Shown: positions 54,595 through 64,000 of the stretch, piece after piece
How the letters are laid out: each line of letters starts with the position of its first letter
Numbering within the stretch: the stretch's first letter is position 1
Assembly (NCBI GenBank): GCA_012295275.1
Contig: CM022665.1
Span: 39,866,001 to 39,930,000, forward strand
Direction of reading: 5' to 3'
Origin: Chrysomallon squamiferum
Lineage: Eukaryota; Animalia; Mollusca
Length of the DNA: 64,000 bases
Notes under the pieces: model-generated
What the model was told of the DNA's origin: nothing
What the model saw: only the letters and a program-made list of their open reading frames with translations
Databases searched by the model: none
Translations under genes and position numbers: made by a program

Positions 54595-55350
54595 TTGTTA
54601 CTGTTTATTATTAGCAAAGGTTGTTATCCATAAACCAATCACGTTTCTAAGTCTTAAATAACTTCAGAAAAGGAGAGACAGTTATGATTAAAGTATTTTT
54701 CTATTATTATTATTATTATTATTACTATTATTATTATACTTTATTATTAGCAAATTTTAGTATCCACCTACAAGTGAAACCATTACGTTTCTAAGTATCA
54801 AATGAAATCATGAAGGAGAAATTACATTATTGTGTTGTTCTGTTATTAGCAAACATTGGCATTCATAAGCAAATGAACCAATCACACTTCTAAGTATCAC
54901 GAATGAAAGGATAATTATCATCAAAGATTTGTTATACTGATGTAATACTTTATTATTAGCAAACGTTGATATCCATAAACAAATAAAGCATCATGTTTCT
55001 GAATAACAAATAACATCATAAAGGAAGGAAAGATGTAACATCAAAAGGTTTGTTATTTTAGGATCATACTTTATTATTAGCAAACGTTGATATGCATACA
55101 CAAATGAACCAATCATGTTTGTAAATATCAAATGAAATCACGAAGGAAGAGATGATGCAACTTCAAAGGATTGTTATTGTAGGATCATACTTTATTATTA
55201 GCAAACGTTGGTATCCACAAACAAAGGAACCAAACATGTTTCTAAATATGAAAAATGATATCATGAAGGAAGAGAAAATGTAACATCAAAGATTTGATAT
55301 TTTCATATCATACTTTATTATTGGCTAAGGTTGTTTACCCATTAACAATA
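54595..55350. repeat. ~105-135 bp tandem repeat (about 7 units)
   Basis: TACTTTATTATTAGCAAACGTTG.TATCCA...AACCAATCA.GTTTCTAA repeated at ~54605, 54741, 54843, 54949, 55070, 55192, 55314. Confidence 0.9.
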
Positions 55351-55749
55351 CAATGACATATAATTTAAAGAGTATTTGTCCATGTTATCACCGGTTTGTT
55401 ACTAAGTCCTTTGACAATAAAGGAACACAAATAACAACTTGTTAATGTTGTAAAAAAATTAAGAAACTTAATGTTTTATCCAATTTATTTTCAGATAATA
55501 ATAATTATTTACTACAGTGCTTTGTAAAATACTTCGTTTGTCAATGATAAAAAAATAAATAAATAAATAAAATAAAATAAAATAAAATAAAATAAAAATC
55601 TAAATATTTAGCAAAATTCCTATTTCTGTTTGATCTGTTTAGCTTAGAATATTTAAGAAATATTTTTACTAATAACAAAAGCATTAAAAGAAAGAAAAAA
55701 AAAAAAGAAAAAAAAAAGGAAAAATATAATAAATAAATAAATAAATTAG

Positions 55750-55780
<31 letters not shown>

Positions 55781-56174
55781 AAATCATAGCCATAACTTGC
55801 AACAGTGGTTTGAAACTAACATACATTCTCCATGCACACAATTCACACACACACTGTTTCAGAATAAATGTTTGTTTTAGATGCAATGATATTGAAGGTT
55901 CAGACAACATGAGCATGCCTTTACAGACACTCAGATAAAATAATGTCTAATTAATAATAATAATAATAATCATTCCTAGATTTCATTAACTGACAACAAT
56001 ATTCATTAATAACAATTCTTCACTGTCAACAACAGTTCTAATATATTTATTCTAATTCTTATTAATAAGATTATAATATAATTGATAAATAATTATAAAG
56101 ACCAATTTTTAAATAGTTTTTTTTAATTCCATTTATTTTGTGCAAACCATTATATGGTTTCAGAAACAAAACAG

Positions 56175-56209
<35 letters not shown>

Positions 56210-56278
56210 ATAATAACAAAATTAATATTCCACTGATGCAATGGAAAAAAAGCAAAAAATCCTAGATTGTGGGTTATG

Positions 56279-56451
56279 TCAAAAGCCTGGTTCCCAGTCT
56301 ATGTCCTGGGTGACCTCCTGAAGGTCGTAACATTTGATGATGTCACCGACTTGAAACTTGACGTTACGATCCTCCAAGCTTATACCACACTCGACATCAG
56401 TTTTTATACTGTCCACTTCATTTTTAAAGTGTTTCAGAGACGATACTGGAC
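56279..56451 (-). CDS. MTIF2: MTIF2 terminal exon
   Basis: [57 protein letters not shown] followed by TGA. Confidence 0.95.
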
Positions 56452-58560
56452 CTAAAACAAAAATTTAAATTATGAATAAGTAGAAAAAAAGAAGAAAAAA
56501 ACCATAAAAAAAAGAGAAAGAGTGAAAAAGTTTTGTTTAGAAAATAGAAATAAAAGTAAATTTTTAAATAAATAAAAATTTAAAAAAAAACACCCCAAAA
56601 CAGAGAAATATTTAATTTGCTTAAAATAAAAATGTCAAATTTAAGTGCCAAGTATGTGAGTAATTAATTTTAAATAGGAATAATAATAAATGTCACCTGC
56701 AGTCATTTTTTATTTTTTATTTTTTTTATTTATTTCTTACTGACTTAAAGATTTTTTTACCCTTTCATTTTTCTAAATTTCCAAATATTTTTATCATTTA
56801 AAAATAAATAAATACAAACATGAAATATATATGTATTCACCTAAATATTTAGGTTGATATTTATATATCTGAAAATGTCTATGTGCATTAAGTGTTTGTG
56901 GTTTCAATAACATATATATGTACTTATATTTTTATAACTTTTAATAACCAATTTTTTTTAAACTCTTCATATATTGCACAAAAATAATTGTAAATTATAT
57001 TATGTGACTATTTAAACGAAATATGTTACAATATAATGTGAAATTTACAAAAGGAAAAATAAATAATTTTTGTTTTACCATCGTATATGATATCGTCTCC
57101 ACGAAGCACTTTGAATTGTTTCTTTTTATAGAGAACTCCCCTTGTACACCTGCATCCAGCCACAGGTATTTTCTTATTACCCTCTGTGATCTGAAACACC
57201 TGTTGTATCTCAGCTTCACCTGAAAGACAGTCACAGATAAACTGTTTTATAGGTGTGTTTGTCTGTGAGTGTTTGTATGTGTGTGTGTCTGTTATGTCTA
57301 TGCATGTGTGTGTATATATGTGTTTGTGTGCATGTGTGTGTGTGTGTCTGTGTGTGTCTGTGAGTATGCATGTCCATGTATGTAAGTGTGTGTTTTTCTG
57401 TTTGTGTTTCTGCATGCATGCATGTTTTTATATGAATATGTGCATCTACTATACATTCATATCTTAATAGGCTCCTTTATTACCATAGGAGCATCTGTGT
57501 GTATCTTGTACGTGTGTGTGTATCTGCTTGTTCGAGTTGGTCTGTCTTATGTACATTTGTGTTTGTGTGTGTTTGTGTGTGTGTACATTTGTGTAAAGGG
57601 GATGGTGTGTGTGCACAAACTTAGAAGTTGAATTTCAAACATGGTCAGTTTTGAATGAAGTAAGAAAGAAAGAGAGAAAGAGAAAAAGAGAGAGAGAGAT
57701 ATGAAAAAAAGAAAGAAAAAACAAAAGAAACTTACCAATAGTTTCTTCTTCCTTTAACACAGGCAGTCTGGAGCTGAGGCTTTCTTTCAAGTCGTCAAAC
57801 AGTTTGTAGATCACTTTGTGCAGTTTGATAGGAACCTGCTTAGACTTGGCCAATTTCAACACCGAATCAGGAGCCTGTACGTTAAAACCAAATATCTCAC
57901 CTGCAAAAAAAAAAAACAAATATCTTGTTACACACAGATTTTTAAACTTTATTAGCAGAATAAAAATTAGTGAAATCAAAAATAATTTGTATGGTTTTTA
58001 ATCTGTGCCATTGTGTCTGTAACTACAAATTTGATTTAAAGTGAACATACATCAATCAATCTTTACAAAAGTTAGTTCAGAATCTGTTCTCCTTTGTTTA
58101 CATACAACAGTAATAAGTATTTTCTTACAAAAGCAAAAACCATTATAATAATAACAATTAGCAATAAGCATTAGTATTAATCTATTTTATCCAAATGCTA
58201 GGGACCAGAAATGATTCAGATTTCAGAATATAAAGAGATAGCCAAGAATAGGATCTATGTCTAAATATGAATTTCATATACTGCTTATACAGAACAGTAT
58301 TCAGGAATTTTTATTTAACATTTTTAATAATTTTGTGCATAATATAAAGTTTATGTATTGAAATCAGTCTGAAAACTGTAACACATCAACATTTCTGCTG
58401 CTTGGAAAAAGGTTTTGTATTTAAGAACTTTTTGGATAAGGGATCCTCAAACTTTATTAGTATTGGTGTTTAGCATTAGTAGTGTTAGTAGTATTAGTAG
58501 TATTATTGTTAGTAGTAACAGTTCTAGTAGTAGCATTAGTATTAGTGTTAGTAGTATTAA

Positions 58561-58598
<38 letters not shown>

Positions 58599-58794
58599 GT
58601 AGTAGTAGTAGTAGTAGTAGTAATAGTAGCAATACTAATAGTAATTATAATTGTAGTCATAATAGTAATAGTATTAGTAGTATTAGTAGTAGTGGTAGTT
58701 GTAGTAGTAGTATTAGTAATAGTAATTATAATTGAGTCATAATAGTAGTAGTTGTTGTTGTAGTAATAATAGTTGTAGTAGTAGTATTTGTAAC

Positions 58795-58836
<42 letters not shown>

Positions 58837-61800
58837 TATTAACCTTGAAATGCTTTTGCCAGTTCCACATCAGATTCAGTTACATTTCCAACACCATAGT
58901 GAATGAGATCAAGTCTACACTGTTTGGAATGAAACGAGTCAAGTGTGTCCAGAATTGCTTCAACTGACCCATCAACATCACCTGTGAAACGTATTAAATT
59001 TAAAAAAAAAAAAATTTTAACAGTTGTTTCTAATTTTTAATATACCTGTATGTCTATAAAAGATTTCTCACTAAAAATTTAAAAAAAAAAAAAAAAAAAA
59101 TTCTGGAAAAAAAAGTTAAAAAAAAAGAAGAAAAAAACAAAATGCAGCTTTAAGTTTAATATTACATTCACAAAATTTTGTCTTTCATTTGCTTGCATAA
59201 CAAACTAACACTTCTCATTTTTCCATTTCTTTTTCTTCCCCTTCCTTTCAAAGATTAGCTTAGATAATGAGTTCTAAATATCCAATCAGAATGATCTTAA
59301 ATCTCGATGTAAGATGGCAAAAACATAAATTTTTTAAGAGGTACATATACTTAACAAACATAAGAATTTAATGCTAATTACAACTGGAGAGAGAGAGCCA
59401 ATTATGGCCACTGCTTCTTAGTCAGTCATCAACAAATATTAAAAAATAAATATATGTATATATATATATTTTCATCAATTTAAAATAACGATTTAAAAGT
59501 AGAAATACCAATCCTGTTATTTATACTATATTTAGAGGAATCTGAATCAAAGCAACACCTTTCAAAATGAGTGACAGCTGGGGCCCTTCGTGGGTTATGA
59601 TAATTTCTTTTGGTTTAGGCATTCGTGTTGATTTTTTTCTACCCGCGGCTCGCCTTTTCATCAGCTCCTCTTGGTACACCTGGTCATGTTCTGCGCGCTT
59701 CTCATCTATTGCAATCTGATCTTCCTCCACCTTCTTCAGCGACTCCTGCTCTCTGCGCCATGTGGTTACCTCCCTTGCAACAGACTTCATAAAAGGAGGA
59801 AGGAAAAAATTAATTAATGAATATTAATAAATACTAACTGTATGACTGAGATCATATCAGCTATGAAATTCATTAGACTATTTATAAATACAATTTAATT
59901 TTATTAAACATTTTTTTACTATAATATAACATGTGAAATTTCATCAAGTGATTTGGAAATAAATAATAATAATAAAAATTAAAACGTCTTTTTTGTGGGT
60001 CAATATTACAACATTTTCTTTTCTTTTTTTTTTTCATTCTAAAAATTGTCTATTTTATGGGTCAGTACTCAGTATTACAACAAATTACCTTTTTTTCATA
60101 TTATGTATTTTCAACACATATTTCTTTTTAAAAACATTTTTAAATTTTAAATGCAAATATTTTTGTAACTTCAGGGACTGTGACTCTTTGAGTCACACTT
60201 TAATTTCACAAAATATATTATTTTTACCTCAGATTCTACTTGGAGTGCTTCATCTCCAGCAGAAGGTAAATCCTTCCAGCCAATGATCTCTACAGGAGTT
60301 GCAGGTGGAGCTTCTTGAACTGGCCGTCCAGTGTCATTAAACATGCCTCGAACCTAGGAAATATTTTACATTAATAATATTAAAATCTTACTAAAAATCC
60401 CTCAGGCTTACAGATAATTTATACATTAATAATTTTAAAAGTTACATTTTGTACACTAATAATATTAAAAATTACAATTTGCACATTTAAATCCACTGAA
60501 CCTACAGACAATTTATTCATTAATAATATTAAAAGTTCCTTAAAAAACAATCTTTTTCAAAATCCCTTGAACCTTCAGTTTACAAATTAATAAAATTAAA
60601 ACTTTTCAAAATCTCTCAAACCTGGAGATATTTTGTATATTAATAATATTAAAACTTTTAGTACTAGCTATAATAGTGGTAGTAGAAGTAGTAGTAGCAA
60701 TAGTAATAGTAGCAGTAGTAATATATCAGTAGTGATAGCATTAGTAGCATCAGTAGTAATATTAGTAGTAGTGATAGCAGCAGTAGGAACAACAGCAGTA
60801 GTAGCAGTGGTAGTAGTAACAGTAGCAGTAATATTAGTAACAAACATAAGCATGTAGCAAAATAAGAACATTGTGTAAAAATGTGGTACTGGATATAAAA
60901 TTTGTATAACTTTTTAAAAAAAATATTGTTTTTCAGTTCTTAAATAAGCATAATCATGAAATGACAACAGAATGTTAAATTTATTTAAGAAGTAATTAAC
61001 AGGATATTTCTGTCTACCTTTGCCCAAACTGTACCAGCAACCAGACAGTGACCCTTTTTAAGTGTTCCTCTCTGAATAACCAGAGTTGCTAATTTTCTGA
61101 AAACAAAACAAAACAACAAGTGTTAAATAATACACAACAATAGTCTGTTAATACAGGGTGCAGCAAAAGTAATGCCCCTTTTATTTGCTTTTACTGAACA
61201 ATATATGTAGACATAGATAGAGATATGTAAGAACAAATATAAGTATTATTTATAAAAATATATAATATTAAACTAAAAAATGTATAGAAATATATACAGT
61301 GTGAAATGATAAAAACAGAACTAAAGAAGGAATTACTTTTGCCATTCTCTGTATTAAAAAAAAATATATATTTATGTATTTACATCTGAAAGAATTATTT
61401 AGAGATATAAACTTAAAAAAATAATAATTTAAAAATCCTTCTAACTCTAAGGGTCATACCACATTATTATGAACTTTTGAAAAAAAATAACACATTTTTA
61501 AAGTCAGTATTGTGGTGAAAAAAAAATATACTGGCAATGTAAAATAAAAAAAAAATTAAAAAAAAATAAATTAAGTAAACAACAAAAGAAAAAGATAGTC
61601 TAAAATCTTTAAAGCGTCTGCTTTTCTGCTGAATACTAGCATTCTTCTAACATATAACATGATGATCAACAGAAATAAAGAAATAGAAGAAATCTATTTA
61701 GGCTAAAGAACCTTTACACAGTACAAAAACATGTTATTTAACAAAGACTTACCCTCTTCCTGCGTCTGTTTTTGATTCAATGACAGTGGCCTCCACTAAG

Positions 61801-62005
61801 CCCACAGGATCAGCTTTGAGTTCCATCACTTCAGCCTGGGTTATGATAGCTTCCTCCAGCTCCAGCAGATTAGTTTTCTGATTAATAACAAAATAACTTA
61901 TTTACAAGAGAAATAATACAGAGAAGAATTTTCAATAATAATTATATTTACAATTACAATATATTTGCGAAATTAAAGGAAAAATTCAAATACTACAAGA
62001 AGTGA

Positions 62006-62047
<42 letters not shown>

Positions 62048-63756
62048 CTTTATTAATGTTCATGTGTAAAAATGTCTATATTTATTTATACTTTCAGTTA
62101 CTGTGGTTAATGAGTTATTTCATGTTCAAAATTTCAGTCAACATGTTGAATTCTGTAAGAACTTTGATCGTATTAATAGAAAAATCCTAATGAACATAAC
62201 CTTTAGGAGGAATTTGCAAATGATCTGATCAATATTAACTGGATTTTGTTTTCATTTCAATATATTTCAAGTGGATTAAATCGAAATTTTGAAAAATGTG
62301 CTAATTTTATATGAAAAATATTACTAATTTTGATATTTTGTTAACATACTGAAAACACACAGTGCAGTTTTGGTTTAAATTTAAGAATCGTAAGTTAGTT
62401 GTAAAAATAAGTTTTTGTTTGTCAGATACCAGTGAATGAATCTGGAACTATTATGTATTTGTTAGCAAGTGTTTATATTTTAAGTAAAAAAAATTAATTT
62501 ACTTTTAAAGCAGAAATAGGAACAGCCTGTACATCTCCTCCAAAGTCTTCAAGAATCAACTGATGTTCTAACAACATTTGTTTTGTTCTTTCCTGCAAAT
62601 AAAGTAAAAAAATATATATTTCAGTACCTTAGCACTAAATTAATGAGTATATATATTTAGTTAAACAACTACAAACTTTTTTACATAAGTAGTTGTTATA
62701 TGTCAAATAAACTGGTTTTTCTTTTTTCTTTTATTATTTCCCTTTTTTTTCTTTTAAGAAAAAAGAGAAAGACAATCTTCTGACATTATTCAAAGGATTC
62801 CTTATATTCATGAACAGTAAAAAAAAAAAAAAAAATTTAACAGGCACTTTCTCGGATAGTAAAGCTTGTGACAAATTCTTACTGAAATGTTTGTGAGAAA
62901 ACCTTTATATAATTCCATTTATAACAGAACAGAATAAACTCATTGGATTAAAAAGAGAAAAAGAAAACCAGTGAAAAATAATGAAAATATATATAAGTGA
63001 AAAGAGAAAAAAAGTAAATAAAAAATAAAAAGTAAACACTCACAATGTCTGCTTCTGGTTTGTCAATCTTGTTTATAGCAACTATCACAGGAACTGGGGA
63101 AAAAATAAAAAATAAAAATAAATACCCAGTAATATTACTTTATAGTAATTATAGAAATTAAATGCATGATCTTTTTGTTTCAAAAGAATAATGCTGTGAA
63201 ATAGCAAAAAAAACAACCAATATCACAATGCTAAATAATAACTGCAATACATTAACAAATACACTGAATAACCCAGTGACAGTAATAAAAAAATTTAACT
63301 ATCCCCCAAAAACAATTCACATCAAAGTCAATTTTAATAATATCTGTCTTATAAAATTTATTCTATCAAATAGAGTTAAAAAAAAAAAAAAAAATCATAA
63401 AGCCTCAGAGGTAAAAAATAATATTAAATAAATATTTTTCCTAGTTATATAAAATTAATTATATTATAAAGAAATAAAAAACATTTTTTTTTTTTTTTTT
63501 TTTCTTTATATTAAAGCTTTTGTTCACCATTTGCATTTTTTAGCATTTTTTAATTCTTTGTATTAAATCTTTTGTTCACCATTTGCATTTTTGGCATGGC
63601 CGATGGATTCCACTGTCTGATTCATGACTCCATCTTCAGCAGCTACGACTAACACGATGATGTCTGTGACCTGTGCCCCTCTTGCCCTCATTGCACTGAA
63701 TGCAGCATGGCCTGGTGTGTCCAGAAATGTAATTCCTTCTCCATTGTCAAGTTTAA
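56279..63756 (-). CDS. MTIF2: Mitochondrial translation initiation factor IF-2, 5'-partial (11 exons in window)
   Basis: G-domain motifs [10 protein letters not shown] (G3), NKID (G4), ISAL (G5); [10 protein letters not shown]; SLKHFK..V......ECG; C-terminus WEPGF as in animal MTIF2. All junctions GT-AG with matching phases. G1 motif and N-terminus lie beyond 64000. Confidence 0.96.
57079..57219 (-). CDS. MTIF2: MTIF2 exon
   Basis: [47 protein letters not shown]. Confidence 0.95.
57736..57900 (-). CDS. MTIF2: MTIF2 exon
   Basis: [55 protein letters not shown]. Confidence 0.95.
58187..58454 (+). mobile_element. Internally deleted pogo/Tigger-type DNA transposon remnant (Tigger4/Zombi-like) in an MTIF2 intron
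   Basis: Left end TTATCCAAATGCTAGGGACCAGAA and right end TTTGGATAAGGGATCCTCAAACTT-TA are mutually inverted (TTATCCAAA / TTTGGATAA) and resemble recalled Tigger4 termini; TA flank on the right. Confidence 0.65.
58455..58838. repeat. Compound (TAG/TAT)n microsatellite next to an MTIF2 donor site
   Basis: Direct reading. Confidence 0.95.
58844..58981 (-). CDS. MTIF2: MTIF2 exon
   Basis: [46 protein letters not shown]. Confidence 0.95.
59559..59784 (-). CDS. MTIF2: MTIF2 exon containing the mitochondria-specific insertion region
   Basis: [76 protein letters not shown]; AAG acceptor and GTGTTG donor fixed by phase and homology. Confidence 0.88.
60228..60353 (-). CDS. MTIF2: MTIF2 exon
   Basis: [42 protein letters not shown]. 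Confidence 0.95.
61018..61096 (-). CDS. MTIF2: MTIF2 exon
   Basis: [26 protein letters not shown]. Confidence 0.95.
61154..61351. mobile_element. Tc1/mariner-type MITE (198 bp) in an MTIF2 intron
   Basis: TA-CAGGGTGCAGCAAAAGTAATGCC ... GGAATTACTTTTGCCATTCTCTG-TA: imperfect ~23-bp TIRs beginning CAG, with TA target duplication. Confidence 0.75.
61753..61877 (-). CDS. MTIF2: MTIF2 exon
   Basis: [42 protein letters not shown]. Confidence 0.95.
62503..62592 (-). CDS. MTIF2: MTIF2 exon (G5)
   Basis: [30 protein letters not shown]. Confidence 0.95.
63044..63093 (-). CDS. MTIF2: MTIF2 exon (G4 NKID)
   Basis: [17 protein letters not shown]; CAG acceptor, GTGAGT donor. Confidence 0.95.
63580..63756 (-). 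CDS. MTIF2: MTIF2 exon (G3 DTPGH)
   Basis: [58 protein letters not shown]. Confidence 0.95.
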
Positions 63757-64000
63757 CTGCAAAGTTATAATGATAATAATTATTTTGTTTGTTTTGGTTT
63801 TGTTGGGGGTTTTTTCCATAGAAAAGTAAAAAAAAAAAAGACGTTTGTCTGAAAATAATGTAAATGCAATTTTGTCTACAATTATGTTTTGGTGATGTAG
63901 ATTGTTGTTAAAAAAAAATGGCAAAAGAAAAATCGTAATGAAAATAATAAAAATCTAAATTATTGAAGAAAAAGATATTATATACACATAGCCATGCATA

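Overview
AT-rich, microsatellite-dense eukaryotic (metazoan, most plausibly mollusc/lophotrochozoan) genomic DNA; not prokaryotic. Four protein-coding genes were reconstructed by hand with GT-AG splice sites and consistent phases. (1) A complete 3-coding-exon PPP1R27-like PP1 regulatory ankyrin protein (minus, 23357 to 6306, 179 aa). (2) A class A orphan GPCR with an uninterrupted CDS (plus, 44824-46197, 457 aa) and atypical TM2/TM7 motifs. (3) A complete 4-exon gustatory-receptor-like (GRL/7TM ion channel) gene (minus, 53074 to 50574, 408 aa) with three phase-0 C-terminal introns and the TYhhhhhQF motif. (4) The last 11 exons of mitochondrial translation initiation factor IF-2 (minus, 63756 to 56279; 5' part outside the window). 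Non-coding DNA holds tRNA-derived SINEs, Tc1/pogo-type MITE remnants (one resembling mammalian Tigger4/Zombi as recalled), a ~270-bp inverted repeat pair 8 kb apart in one intron, a dispersed direct repeat, several minisatellites and a visible CpG-rich/CpG-poor mosaic. Most ORF-track entries are microsatellite artefacts.
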